DNA of 52,909 nt, counting the filler, from Catajapyx aquilonaris (lineage: Eukaryota): NCBI GenBank assembly GCA_000934665.2. It is 3 parts of 3 records of this genome, joined end to end, with 100 filler letters (N's around TTAATTAATTAA, not from the genome) between each part and the next. Parts side by side here need not be neighbours in the genome. Positions count along the whole stretch, not along the records: positions 35,339 to 52,909 come from JYFJ02006917.1; 2 more parts are not named here. One strand, written 5' to 3'. The translations under genes were made by a program, and so were the position numbers. Below are positions 35,339-50,150 of this stretch, piece after piece. The notes under the pieces are model-generated. The model was given only the letters and a program-made list of their open reading frames with translations, was not told where the DNA came from and ran no database searches. Within the stretch, counting starts at the first letter, position 1, and each line of letters opens with the position of its first letter.

Positions 35339-38300
35339 TGCATTGACCTGTTATTTAGTTTTTGGGACATGGTTCAGTATCATTTACAGGTGTGGAATAT
35401 TGTATTTTTTTGTCCAGAGTTTTATCCGGAGCTCACGGGCATGTGATCGGAATAAATCAGTATAATCTACCAGTAGCAGCAAAATAAATCGCATTTTTTA
35501 AATGCATCATATCATATACTTTAATTTCTGGACACACATTGCCTTGCACTTTTGAGATAGCTCGGTTACAAAGACAGATAAGCTCGAGAAGGGTAGATAA
35601 GGGAGGAGGAAAAAAAACCAGCAGATAAGCACGGACGTACACACACGTGTGTGTGTACACACCTGTGCAATGGATTGCTTGGCCGCCAGGATGAACGAAG
35701 AATCTTGCGGACATTCTTTGTGCGGTTCATAGTACATCCTGTGACAAATTGGACACTCAAATGTTAATCTGCGAAATAATCGCTGGACTTACTACTGGAC
35801 GTCATAATTCGGGCGAATATTTGTGTTCATTTACTGCAGTATATGTTAATTTTTTTAAAATGAGTGCCACCAAATGCGCACCCATACTCGCGCAGCTACA
35901 CTGCTGTGACAACAACGTTGCCAGAGTTACTCCACAGGGGGCCGAAAATAATTCACACCCATAGCTAGCTTTGGCAACGTCGTAAATTTCGACCATATTG
36001 TTTTTCCCCCAAGCGTAGCATTGGAAATAAGTGCAGTGCAGTACACCCACTATACAGAGATAATGCTTAGTGACCGTACATAGACTTACTTTGTTTTGAA
36101 TCATTCTTATTTTTTTCTTCTCCTCTCCTTTGTCATCTTTATCCTGAGGCTCAAAATAAGGCCCATGCACTTCCACCACACGACCATCCCGATTACCCAG
36201 GATATATCTGGGATTGCATTTCCCCTAGGAAATGGAAACTCTACAGCAGCGATATTGTTTTGTCAAGACAAGACAGGGAGAGATGGTGACATGCCGTGAC
36301 GCCAGTTGGATGCCTTTTGTCAGCTGGTGTCCACTTGACGGTTTTTCTCTCAGGCGAAAACGGCCCGGATTTACACTTCCAGATAGCTGGACACATTTGC
36401 AATCTGTCGTATATGGAAGAAACTTTTCAAGTGTTATCTGGCGACATTTACTGTCAGGTTTAAAAATTAACATGTGACATCGTTGTGACTTTAAACTGGC
36501 GGCAGTTTGCAGTGTTGTCCGTTATATTTTTCCTCCCGAGGGACGACTTTATGGTGGACACTCCTGCTAATTAGGAACTTCAGTTTATGAGGCGTTGAGA
36601 GGTTATTCAAGCCAATTTGGTATGAGAGCTGGCAGTTAGCCACATAGTGCCCTGGGTTTTCTCCGGGTAATTAGGTAAGGGCAAGCTTGGTCCTTGCTCA
36701 TCCAATACATATACTAAAGGGGCCCCTCTCTATTTCTTGTGTAGATGCTCAAAGCTATCAACTCGAGGTTCTTTTTGCTGTGACCTATGTGTCGCAGGGG
36801 ACGAATAAAGTAGGAAAAAAGTTTGGTCCTTTGCGCTAGAGTGGGAAGGAAAGCCATGAATATTTACGATTGCAGATAGGTTTCTGGGCAAGGTCAAAAA
36901 CTTTGCCAAGTTTTAACAGTTATCAATTTATCCTAGGATCACTCTACATAAATTAATTTGACAAATGATTATTTTGGCATATGGGCTTCTTATCACCGTT
37001 ATCTACAGACCATACTTTCAGTTGTTAACTAAGATCTGCGACTGACACAGGCTGCAGATGTTACACAACATTGTAATTCCTAGTTACACTTGAAACGACA
37101 GAAGCGGTCAGATGTCGCGACACAGATCATATTCTGTGTACATAGTTTCCTCGACGCCAAAGCTGGGGAACTCCAGAAGTGCTTGTTTTGCGGTTTGTTC
37201 TTGAGTGGACTATCCAGTAGATCCAAGATTACGCCTACAGGATCCCAATAGTCACGTTTCTGGCTTACGCGCCAAATAACTTCCTGAAAGACGATATTTC
37301 ACGGGTCAGGGTATAGGATAAAGGAAGCGAGAGGCGGCTAATCATTATGTTCCCAAGTCTGTTAATGATATAGAATTAGAGAGCACTGATATTGTCTGGT
37401 CTATCCGGCTCTCTGTAGGAAGACGCATAATTGTAATACTGTATACCACCATGAAGTTGAATTTATTAGAATATATATACACTCCAGATGTATCCTGATC
37501 ATGAGAATATTTAAAAAATCGCTGACAGGTTTATTACTAAAATATGAGTCAGGTGGTGAATACTGTACAAAGGTCTCATAACTGCAAACATATTTCGAGA
37601 ACCGAGATGAAATTGCAATGCCATTTTTCAGCAGTATTACAAACATTAATATACCCAGAATGTAAAGGTGCGGAGATTACTGTAACCGCAACTGAAATGA
37701 AATTTCCTCCACGTACAAATCCGTCAATGGAAATACACCCTGAAAATATCCAAAATGATTTTTAATCACCTTTTTTTTTGGATTCCAAGCTGATTGCATG
37801 TTGCGATGATTGAGTGTGGGCATAGGCAACAAGGTTTAGGATTAATGAGAGCCAGGAAGTGGAGAACCATACACCTTTTACAGCTCATGCATCAAACAAG
37901 CCAGTAACGTTTCCTAGGAGCAGAATGTGCGTCCCAGAAGCGTGGAATCCGGTGGCGGAAACAAGCCCGCAGCTGAAATTCCCCGGGATGTTGCTAGCTT
38001 TGCTTTTCTAGGGGAGGGGGGGAGGGATTGAAGCTATTTTTTTTGCTTCTAAGCAGATTTCGTGAAGGGGAGGGGGATTTTTAATTAAGGCGACTTTGCA
38101 CAAATGGGAACGACATACAGCAAAAAAATTATTACGACCACATCCAATTGTGCTGCTGACATTTTAAGCTGTACGTAATCAAGCAGTAGACGACGTCAAA
38201 ATAATGAGCATCTTATGTTCATTTTCACGAGCAGGATAATTAATTCTGGAAAGTGGCTGTGAAGGACGTTATTCTCAGGTTTGAATAAATATTACAGCTG

Positions 38301-41300
38301 GAGATTCCTTTTCAAAAATCCGGTTCTCGTCTTTCTCGTACATTTCTCTTCGTCTCCTTGGAAATTCGGTAACGAGATTCGACGATTGGACGTGAGATGT
38401 CAAACCTCGCGGGATCATGTGACTTGACTCTGATTGCATTGGCCTGAAAAATGGAATCGGCATGTTTCATCGAACTGAATGCTAATCATGATGAAACTCA
38501 TCCTCAGGCGATATCTTCGGCTATCCGTATTATTCTTCCTCGGGTTTGGGTTGGAAATGTGGTCAGTAAGTTAAAGGCACGTACCTTTGCAAATTGTGCC
38601 TATATCACCATGTCATAATAATTGCGTACATAAAGTGCAAACATGTTAATAATTTTTCTATATAGAAGGGTGTGGATGTACCATCGAAGGTACCTGATGA
38701 TGATCAGTGCTTCAGACACGATCCGAATGTGTTTAGCAAAATCGATAAAAATATGATTTCCTTTGTTGCTTTGTTTCTTTGCCAACGAGTTTTTTTTTGC
38801 ATAGAAAAGATAACAAAAGAGGTAATGAGCCTTGCGGAGGAAGCATGGGGGAGCGTAACGTACAAAAACCTTCTGGATCTACTCAATCAACATCCTATGA
38901 TGGACCCGACGAGTTCCAATTTTCTGCTCTTTTAACGTGGCCATCAATTCTCCCCAAGTTCTTCATCACAGAATTGGCAGTCCTTTTCTTTTCCCCAAGA
39001 ACCAACTTCCTCCAACCGTGCTTATCTGTCGTGAGCAAACCAAACCCTTTTCATTATACTTGAGACCGAGATTCTCATCCCTTTTGATAGAAACGCATCG
39101 CCCTGGTTTCTATTAAATCCTAGTTTTTTTTTTGGGGNGGGTACATTCCATCAGGGGGTGGTCAGAAATATTGGCAGGGCTTCCCTATTGGCGTCGCTAC
39201 TGTTGCATCATGGCGGATCGTGCATCATGGATTAACCGTGAAAAAGTTGATCGGTGTAATCGAATCGCCGTGTTAAACTGTGGGATCAAAGGGTGAGAGG
39301 AAAAAATGTGTGGAGCGTTGGGGATGCGGGAGAGTGAGAATTTGCGGCGGTTGGACCACCAACCACCCACTGTTTTAATTGGGGCCAAAAGTATTTTTTG
39401 GGGGAGCCCAAAGTTTGCCTGTTTGGAGAATGAAGTGCGAGGGACATTTTCCACTATTGCAAACAATTTGCAAGCAGCAGGATTGTTGTGTGGCTGTAGT
39501 TTATTTCAGTGTGTCAGGCAGAATTGTCCACTATAGCAGAATTGAGTGTTTATTCCTGCAGGAGTCGGTAATCCAATTGTCCATTCCATTAAATCCTTGT
39601 CTGTTGGGATCGTTTTATTTTTATGCCCCGATTGCTTCACCGCTCACTTGTTGAATATGTTAACAACTGAGTAAATATTTTGGGAGAGATCATGCCACAC
39701 TGCGAGGCTGCAAGCGCATTATTTACACATCCGGTCTGCACAACATTTTCACAAAATACGTACGTAGCAAGTGCTGTAAACGCAAACTGGCATACCCTCA
39801 TATTATGAGAGAGCGTAAAGTGATTCTCTTGGTCCACTTTCGTTCTCAAAAGCAATTTTTCTTCGCACATTTATTAGTCCACGTTCAGTATAGTCCTACT
39901 ACTGTTATAACGCTTAAAATGTCGTATGAAACATTTACACACAGTAGCTGGCAACAATGTATAACATGGAAAATCGCTCGGGGTTTTTTTTACACACCAC
40001 GAGCTGTGAAACCCGACCTTAAAAAGTAGGCTGTTCACGGGCTGTAGTTCTCCAATAAAATCACGTTACCATTCGATCCCCCCTTCTTTAAAAACATGCA
40101 CCACATTTAACGAGACGAGACTGCCAAGGATTACACTCCAATAATGGCCCCATCGGTGCCTTGCATGCTCGTAATTCCAAAGGATTTCGGCGTCCAGCAG
40201 TATAATGCCATGCAAACCTGGGATCAGTAACACACATAGGATGCATGTGCTTTGATAACTGATCAGGTCCGGCTGCCAAGTGCAGCTCTTCAGTTTTAGG
40301 AATTCAGTCTGCACCATCGAGGCCAAGCACGGGCCAGCAATGAAGTCTGTCCTGGAGGCCAACCTTTTTGATTTACGGCAGACGTATGAGGAAGCCAAGC
40401 AAGTGAGAGTGCTTAATTCCTCAGATCCTTGGCAGGGACACTCTATCCCTTATTGGCCCAGAGGGACATTCACCCAAACGTGGTCTGAAAGCTCGATTAT
40501 TCTCACCCACCCGATTATTTTCAGGACTTGTTTGTCTCAACGGGTTTTTCTATTAAAAAAAGTGGAGCACACCCTAAAGGAAGATGCATCAATATTTAAG
40601 GCGACCATTTCAGATAAAGTGATGACAGTTCATCTGAAATAATTACAGCCAGCCAGTCTCTAGGTATATCTTTCAGTGCTGGCTGGTGCAAACGCAATTA
40701 GAGGTTAAAAATTGATGCTTTCAACCATTTTTTTTTCCTGGACCAAACGCGGGGGGAACTGCAGCAGGGTCTGCCGCATTCATATTTGAACCGAATGTGT
40801 TCGAGTCTATTTGCTCAACGTTTGAATCGGACCCAGGAGTGCTGCTTTAAAAAAAAACCTGAAGCCCAGGAGATTACTTGCTTTCAGGGAGGAAAAAACC
40901 ACTTTTGCAAACATTCCCTTCTTCTGTTTTCAAGTGGGACCACGTCTTTTTTTCTGAGGAACAAACTTTCTTCTCTTTTCTTCGACTTTTTTTTTTAAAG
41001 TGATGAACTATAGAGGAGCATTAGCGTGTTAGGGGGTCGCAACAAAATTCCCTTTGAGGCTCTGTTTTTTTCCGTCGATGATACGTCGAGGACAAGCGCA
41101 CAAATTGCGGCTCCAGGTGTATTAGTTGGCAAAAGCGCCGACGCTTGGGTAGTAATAATGTAATTATGAGCGCAGGTTCCCAACGCAAACACAAATCAAA
41201 GTCTGGCAGCAGGAAACTCTTTTACTTTATTGCCAAATTAGGCGGCGTTAACCAGATTGAGCCAAACATTTCATTGAATAATTGCTGGCAAAAGGGCTCC

Positions 41301-41862
41301 GACACTCTTGATAAGAAAATTGGATCAAAGTTGGCCTCCTATGAAGGAAGGAGGGGAAAGATGTTTGCCAAATTTAGCGAATTTCAGCCTGGATTTTTTT
41401 TCCTGCGATAAAGTCGTATAATGAAAGGCGTTATCGCTGAATGGGGAAAGCTTCAGACAGATCAGTAATACCGAGGTTGGGGGTCTTACACTTGACATGA
41501 TTAATTTGCAAGAGACAGAAATGCTTTTCAAGTCATTGGTTCCTTAATGCTTATTTACAATGGAAATATCTTAAACTCTCGGAATGCCAACTGTTTAGTC
41601 GGTTTGTGTGTGCCAAGTAGCTTGGGGGTTTCAAATGGCTAGGAGAGATGTCAAAGGACTTATTATGCAAAGTGCTGCACAATTCCCCGAGAAACCTCCT
41701 TTCACGTGGGCTCCCAGGCACGTGGTTAAATAATGCAAAAGCCTTGCAAGTAAAAAGTGAGCACCAATTTTACACAAGTTTCATCTATTTACCTTGAACG
41801 GTCGCATATTTTTCATCATATAATGGAACCATATATTTTTTTGCAGATCGATTCAATCCAAA

Positions 41863-44800
41863 ATGGATGAAAACTTGAGCAACATGTCACGAATCAGCAT
41901 GGATCTGGCACAACCTGATGTGACACCCACAATGGGAATGGACTCAACTCTGGTGGAGGAACTTCTTCGTCAACGGAGATTCGATTGCGAGAACTCCACC
42001 GACTACGAAACAGACTCTGAAGGCCAGTGCCCCCTCATCTCCATGCATGAATGCAAACCCATAGAAACAACCCGAGCCTTTCTCATGTATACACTATAGT
42101 GGTCTGCTCAATAGCATTGGTCTCCCGCATTGTGCGTAGTCGAGCATTAATCATGCCTCGGGTCAATTAGCGTCACAGCCTGGATTTTGAGACAATAATG
42201 TAAGAGCACTGACCTCCACTATTTTTGGGGGTTCTATTTTTAGGTGTGTTTTGCCCAAGAATATTTGACGGTTGGTCGTGTTGGAATTCTACACCTGCTG
42301 GTCAGAAGGCTTTTGTGCAGTGTCCCTTCTTCGTCTCAGGATTCGATCCGATCCGTGAGTATCGCCCCCATTTAGAAAAAAAAGAGGGGTTCTCGTAGTT
42401 TCTAATTACCTAGATAACTTTACGAGACAGGTTAAGACCTCGTTTCGTTGAGTTCCAATTATCTGTGTGCTTCTCAAGACTCATGGACTCTGGTCGCTTC
42501 AAGCTTATCGAATGATACCAGGAAATGAAATATTGATTCGTCACTGTCTGGAAACGATCGCAGACATTTATTTTATTTATATGCAAAAATAATGTACAGA
42601 AAATTCGGATTCAAATGTCACAATGTTCAATAGATATAAATGGTCTTTCTCACTAATTGGAAATTCCAAACCTGCTGTGGTAGCCCTGAATCGTCGTCTT
42701 TAAAACAAAGCTAGGGGGCTCATGTCTTCGCCAATTTCAGCCCAGAAACTCTGCGTAAACTCCGGCTATAGTAATTCAGGAATTCTTATCTCTTTTCCTC
42801 GAGCCGCGAGAAGAATAGCGTACAACTCCAGCAGTTATGTACAAAAAAAAAGAGAGAGAGGCTGTTGGCACCATAGTCTTGGATCGTGTCTGAGATGCCG
42901 AAAATGCTGCGAAATCATCGCTGTTTCGCGGAAATCCATTAGAGAACTTTAGTACAATTTTTTTTTCTAGAGCGAAATGGAAGAAAAGCGAGAAAGATTT
43001 AGTGCGCAAAATGTCCTGGAAAATCCTCCATTACTATTCATAGTCGTTGAAGTGCACGAAAAGCGGACTCATACGCAGTTTATCCCTCACAGTAATTGAG
43101 CAACTCGCGAAATTCCTAGGCCAATTCCCTCTCCTACTTTTTATATATACTCAGAGTATATGAAAAGGGAGGTGCAAAAAAAAAATTGAGTTTCGCAGCA
43201 GATGCGGAGAACAATATTTTTTCCCAAGGCCCTCTGCACCCATAACTTCCATCTTCCTTTTTTTCGTCAGACACAATGCATTATCTGCTGCTTCTTTAAG
43301 TCACAGGATGCGATAATAATGAGCCTGTCCGTGCTGGTATTGAATTTGGAAAGCCCTGGGGAGAATGGGACGGAATGTATAGGACAAAGTAAAAGAGATT
43401 TTGTCCCTCTTTGGAAATAATCCGTGGCTCTTTCCTTCTTTTTTTATTTTTATTTTTTTTAAAAAAAAGGAACGGCTCACAAGACGTGCAGAGAGGATGG
43501 AACGTGGTTCAGACATCCGGAATCGAATCAAACGTGGTCCAACTACACGACATGTGTGGACTTGGAGGACTTGGAGGTATGGAAGCATTTATAATGGGTC
43601 AGGAAACACTGCTTGGGACAAATTATTAACGTCGACAGAACTGGCTGGGAGTGTGTCCAAATATTGATTCTTTATGTCAAGTCTCAGGACTTCACTTTAT
43701 CTACGCTGTAAACAGTGTAAAGTATTAAAGAGAGTGGAGTTGAGCAAAATGAGTTTTATCATCTCTGTACTTTGTGCATTGCTCAATATTCCGATTTGGG
43801 TTACGAAAATATGAGAAATAATTTTTGGGTTCACAACTGGAACATTGCGCAGTTTACAGGGGGAAAAAAAGCAATTTGGGAAGTAACAATTTTTCATTTC
43901 TGCTTGTGACTGATTGCTGGGGCGAACAATCCATAACATGAACATCCCTGGCTCGTCTTGAACAAGTGCACTACCCGGTATTATTCCCAGGTCCACGAAC
44001 GAAGGCAGTGAACCATACATACCGCCCACTCTGTGACGAATTAAAAATTCAGCAGTGACGTACACCATGCACCGGCTCGTATAACGTGCTTTAGACTAAT
44101 TTAATTAGCATTTTTTTGTTGCCTGACCAATCAGTTGTGGGAGACAACAGGTGGTTCTGCTTACAAAAAAATTCCTCGCCTGCTCGCCCCCCTAAAGGAA
44201 TTATCTTTAACAATGAAAACCTCGGCATCCCAACCCGCCTACCTACAGCTATGACGTCACAGAAGTGCCTACGCACACGATTTTGCAGCTCGGTTTCATC
44301 TGAGCAACTCTGTGGTGGCCGCTCGTATATATACCAGGAGAGGAGGCCCCTCCCCATCTCCTATAAAATCTGGATTGAGTGGGAGGGTTTTTTGACAATC
44401 CCATCACGTGCAAGTGGTGATGAAGGGTGCTCTGGGCTCTCCTACCAAGCTAAATTAGGACACCTCTCACATAAATCACCCGCAGGAGCTACTGTACTCC
44501 TCGGGTTGATGTCCCAGAAGGAAATAAGCGGCCAAGACCGTTGACATCCCAATGCCTTTGTTATGACACATGTCTACAGGGTGGTGCAAAATGGTTCTGA
44601 CAAACTTATAGGGTGCACTCGTGGGAACTACAGCATCACTTTATGTATAAAGATGTTGTATGGCCCCCAGCAGGCCTGTTATCGAGATAATGGGCTTTAA
44701 ACATAAAGTGTAAAATATCCTGCAAGATATGTGATATCATAAATGCGACACTATTTGCAACAATCGGTGTACAAAATTACATAAAGCGATCCTGCAGTGC

Positions 44801-47800
44801 TAGGAATCTTGTGTGAATCTATGAAACACGCTGTATATCAGCAGAACTCTTGAATTTCATAAAATCTCGACGAAAACGTGATGAAAAGGACATGCGCGAT
44901 TTTTGAGCAATTTGAGGCCATGTAGGGTGATGGCTTGTAGCCGGAAGGCTTCGAGGTTGCATGAAAACTATACTGCATCTCATCAGGTTTAATGCATAAA
45001 GCTATCCGCAGAGAGCGGAAAAGTAACCGAATTATGCTCGGAATATATAATTTCACGTTGCATCGTTTGTGCAATTTTTTTTTATTCCGAGGCGAATTTC
45101 TGCTCATTAATGACTAGTTGCCCCACATCAGGTTTCATTAGTGCGTTGTAAAATGCAAAACTGCCTCCATAATTGAAGGTTATAGTGGGCAGTGAGGTTT
45201 AAATGGGCGTATAACTTGATGAATGAAATTTTACAAAGCCTTTTTTTTCCAACCTCCGAATCGTATTACTGCTTAAAGTCGCCAGCTGAGATAAAGTCAT
45301 CCAAAATATATGTATCTAGGTGCTTGTTAAAATATGCATATACAGTATATGTAATGAAAAAGACATTTACATTTCCCTGCGGCGAAATTAAATTTTGTGC
45401 CGCTTACTAACAGGCTGGGACTTAGCTAAAATGGCGATTTAGAGTCATTCCGTGACTTAAGTCGCCATGACCTCTTCCCTCTGGCCAGTTTATTCAGACC
45501 ATTGTCTTGTGGCTCCTGTCAGTGTAACTGTTTGTTGTAACTTATGCATTGTGCGTGAGACTTTCTTCCGCATGTAAACTACCTCATAGGATGCTACTAG
45601 TGACTTGAATGTATTTTATGCAAAGTACCACGTATTTGGACGGTGTTATGCAATAATGAGTCAACCCACATGCGAACTGTTTTGAGAAAAAAGGGCTTTG
45701 AATGTCACACCTGTGCAATTAATTAAGTGTCCTTGTCGGTCACTTATGCTTGATTTTAAATGAATGAAGTACCATCCTTTGGGATTAACTCAATTTTGAC
45801 ATTTTTTGTGGGTTGACACATTATTGTTGTAGTGTCCATTTATGCTTCACATTCGTTGAGTACAAGTCAAGTGTCTTATATACCTTGGTGGGGCTATACA
45901 CTTCTTCCTCCGACCTGCATGCTCCGCTAGCTCCTAATGCATTATTACGTTCCCTTAGTCATCACCGACTATAGCTTCCTTTTTCCAGGCAGTCGCCGTG
46001 AAATCCTCAGAGACGTTGTCTTTGTCAGTTCAAACCTGATTAGCCTAATCCCATTCGTGAGAAAGCCACGTACTGCACTGTATATTTCAGCCTCCAGCAG
46101 GCTCGGATTTGCAATTTACACTCGCATAATACGGATGTGCACCCATTTGGACGATTCATCCGCATATGTATGACTGTGGGTGAGTTGGTTCACTCCTAAG
46201 GAAATGGATCATTTGGATTTTTTTTTGCCACTTTTCTTCTTCCTGAGCACCCCCCATTCCCACCGCAGTTCCGGAAATGTCGCGGCCGATTTGGCTGCAG
46301 GCACAATGGAGGATGCCACCAGCTCCCGGAACTGGCTTTCCACTTTTATCGCCTAATTGGGCCTAGAAAGGTAGCGTCTTCTTGCCACCCTGCCTCCAGC
46401 TGCCTCCAGGGATCAGCCCCCTTGTTCTTTAATGGAATGGTGATTAATGCTGATCATTCTGAGGTCACGAGTGCCAACAATTCGGGCGAAGAGAGGGAAA
46501 GATGACGCCCTGGAGGGACACCGTCTGTTTCATCGTGCAATAAAAATTGTAGCTTGTGTTACACTTAAATGCCTTAAAGTCAGATCTATCAAGCAAATAT
46601 GCGCATTTATTTATGAAACTGATTTTAGACTTTTTCTCCCCGAAAGAATGGCTACGTCCGTCTGTCTGTGGACAAGTATCCTAGTATCACAAATCTAACA
46701 ATTTCAGCGAAGTTGTCAGCCTAATTTCCCACTGACCAATGAGAAAAAGTCTACTCGAATCAAGCTCGAGTGATTTGCCAATCTTGTAACTAAATATTAC
46801 CGCTTACAAATGTATCACCGTTGCCGAAATAATATTTGTTTCTTCCCAGCTAATTACATGCTGACATTATTTTTGTTTAAAGTGTACTTTTTTTCTCAGA
46901 TATTCAACTGCTGGCCTTTTGTTTCGCTTCCTCCAAATAGATTATGTAGATTGATACGAAACTAAGTGATTGCTAAAAAAAAGGCGTTGATTAAAAATTT
47001 GGGAGAGTTATTACGTTCCTGGGGGGCTTCTAAATTGGGACGTAAACGAGTTAGAGAGGAAACTCGTCGCTTTTCCATCACGGCCAGGCGTAACCGGGCT
47101 GATTTCTCAAACTTGTATCGATCGTTTTCTCTACAATCTATGCTCTATTAATGACCTTCCTTGTTTGCAGTTACGTCGTGTGGTGATCACCATACACATA
47201 ACTGGCGCCTCTCTTTCCCTGGCTGCCCTGCTCATCTCCATGGTCATCTTTGTGTACTTCAAGTGAGTCTCTGCTTGTTGCTTCCCTTAGCCAATAAATC
47301 TTCTTCATTCTGCGGTGTACAAAAAAAAAAAGGTTAATGAAAAGCCTTCTGTTGAGGGTTTCCCTCCGCAACTTCTACTTAGTAGAATTGGATGCTCACT
47401 TTCCTTGATTAACTATGGCTTGAAGAATAGGCCAATCGTATAGTGGTACGGGGCAGATGGGGACAAAAGACCTGATGTCCCGTTGCAGGTCTCTCAAGTG
47501 CACCCGGATCGAGATCCACAAGAACCTGTTTGTTTCACTGATCCTCAACAACTCACTCTGGATCGTCTGGTACCGAGAAGTAGTGGGCAAACCCCTTGTG
47601 CTCATTACCAATGAGGTAAGGCATATGCATCTGACTTGCAACTTTTAATCAGCATGTTACAATTCCTGGCTTGGAGTAATTGCAATTCGTGGTTTTCACT
47701 CCCAAACGTTCTTGTGAACCAATGTCTAATTCTGCGGAGAATCTTGAGTGCAAGATCAATCAGAGGGAACCGAAAACACACTCAAGTGATTTTCAAGTTG

Positions 47801-49613
47801 ATTAAAGGTGCCGTATTTTTTTCGCGAATGTGATTAACCAAAGTAGGACGAAAAATGCAGCATCTTGTGTTTCTGTGCAAATCCTATTAAATGTTTTCTC
47901 TTATTTCTATCTCGAATAATGAGAAAAGGCATCCGTGCGAACCAGGCTTTTGCTGACGATTAGGGGTCCAATTCCGCAGGTTGGCTGCCAAGTCCTACAC
48001 GTCTTGCTTCATTACTTCCTGGTGTGCACCTACTTTTGGATGTTCTGCGAAGGACTCTACCTGCACACCATACTGGTCGTGGCATTCGTTTCTGAGGACA
48101 AGATCATGAAGGTCCTCTACGTCGTAGGATGGGGAATACCCGCAATCTTAGCCATGGCATACACCGGATTCAGAGCCTCAAGTCCAATGGACTCCAAACA
48201 GTACGCTATAGTACACATAGTCATTGGCTCTGTGATAAAATATTATTCCTCTTTCAGCTGCTGGATTGAGGACAGCCATTGGACCTGGGTATTCTCAGCA
48301 CCAGTGTGCATCTCTCTCCTGGCCAACCTGTTCTTCTTGGTGAACATCGTACGGCTGCTGGTGACCAAGCTGAGGGCCCATCAGACCAACCAGGAGTCTA
48401 GTGGGCCCAGGAAGGCAGTCAGGGCCACCCTCATCCTCATCCCTCTGCTGGGTATGCAGTACATCCTGACTCCGTTCAGACCTGAGACCAGGACTCCAGG
48501 AGAGTATGTCTACCAGGTGGTCTCAGCTGTGGTCTCCTCATTCCAGGTGCAATTAGCTTTGTTAGTATACAAGCGGCCTTTGCCTGACACTTGCCTCTTG
48601 TTGCAGGGATTCGCAGTGGCTCTCCTTTTCTGCTTCTGCAATGGAGAGGTATGTACTGCTTCTGGGATAACTTGTAACTGAAACAATGACGGATGCTGCT
48701 AGCGTCGACTGCTTCAAACTTCTGTGTGGAGACGAACACGTTCAATTTATGAGGAATTCTCATAAAGAGTTGATTAGCAAATTACGTAACAAATGGCAAA
48801 CGCCTGAAATCAACGGAGGCGCTTTGTTAATCGGTCAGGCGCGAGAAATCTGCTAATTACGTAATATGTTAATTAGAGCGAAAGAGGCTGTGACAGGGCG
48901 ACTTCCAAGTTTTATAGCGTAGGATGTGAAGTATGTGAGTCATGAATTTTGGAGTTGAAAGTGTGAAACGATCCGGCTCGTTTAGCCGAGTAATTATTAT
49001 CAAGTGCCTGACTAGCATGACTAAACAGGTTGGAAAGTTTTGCCTAGTCGTCCATATCGCCTCACAAGATTTTAACTATACGCTATATTTTGTAATGGCT
49101 TTGCAAATGTGCATCTGTTAAGATTTTATTTTTTAAATATTGCGTATTAAATTTTAATGAAACCTGTTGCGAAAGGATTTAGGTCAATTTCTGGTTTAAT
49201 ATTCTAATTATTACGGCTCAAATGGTCCACCGAAACGAATAATGTGCCATGCTCTTATATAGCTGTATATCACGTAAATCTGGGCCATATTTTCCTAGCC
49301 TTTTCATTGTCAGGTGCTGTCACTGGTGAGGAAAAAGTGGCACCAGTACCGCGTGATGAGCAGGAGGAGGTGCCAGTCCTTCGCAGCTGTCAACTCAGTT
49401 TCGGTGAGTCATGTGACCCTCTCTCAAAACTGGGGGGGTATCCACCCTTTTATGCCTTTTGCTGGTTTTTGTGAGAAAGATTCACCCTCTGACCGGTTGC
49501 AGTTCACCAGGTCATCTATCGCTCCGGAAATGACCTCAGTGGCCATCTCGCCCTCACTGGACTGTCAGGAACTTCCACTGGACCTATCAGAGACCCACGT
49601 CGCATTTGCCTGA
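41863..49613 (+). CDS. Class B1 (secretin-family) GPCR, calcitonin/CGRP-receptor-like (DH31 receptor/hector group), about 449 aa, 10 coding exons
   Basis: Exons 41863-42022, 42244-42354, 43470-43576, 47171-47262, 47489-47615, 47980-48200, 48258-48546, 48607-48648, 49314-49403 and 49503-49613 join in frame (1350 nt). Motifs: [105 protein letters not shown]. The start codon is the first in-frame ATG after the acceptor at 41846; an upstream exon is possible. Confidence 0.92.
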
Positions 49614-49683
49614 AGAGATAAGGGTCATCTCGGCTGAGGTGACTACCATTATTTTTGACCGTCGCGTCGGTGGCTGGGCTGTG

Positions 49684-49689
49684 AATAAA
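49684..49689 (+). promoter_or_regulatory. Polyadenylation signal of receptor 1
   Basis: AATAAA about 70 nt after the TGA stop. Confidence 0.5.
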
Positions 49690-50011
49690 ACAGCATTCGA
49701 AAAAAATAACAACTTCTAATGAGATTGTGGCGTTCTGTCATTTTGTGCTGTGAACTAATCTTCTCACTGAACTAACCTGTAGACCAGTCTGAAAGCACTT
49801 ATTTAAGTACAGAGTGTATGTATATTTTGTGTGTTTATATTTGCATTTTATTGTGCCTATCTGGCATGCAGTCTCTACCAGACTGGTAACAGAAATTCTG
49901 TGAACTGTACATATCGATATATACTGTAATTGTTTAGAGATATTTTCTGTGCGCAAAAGCATCGTGCTTCTGATGGTGCAACCAAGGCAGGAAATTTTGG
50001 AAGGATAATTT

Positions 50012-50017
50012 TTTATT
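50012..50017 (-). promoter_or_regulatory. Polyadenylation signal of receptor 2
   Basis: Minus-strand AATAAA about 135 nt after the TGA stop. Confidence 0.5.
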
Positions 50018-50150
50018 GAACAATACCGTACAGCAAAAATCCATTAATGCTCTCCACCCCGGTACACCGTTTCAAGGAGAAAAAATAAGGTATGTATTTA
50101 GGAGGAACCGTGTAATATTCTTGTGTTGAGCAACCAGTATAGCCAAAAGC

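Noticed and set aside
47935..48681. 248-aa ORF as a single-exon receptor
   Set aside because: It is three exons plus two in-frame introns and flanking intron sequence. The paralogue alignment shows the inserts are intronic.
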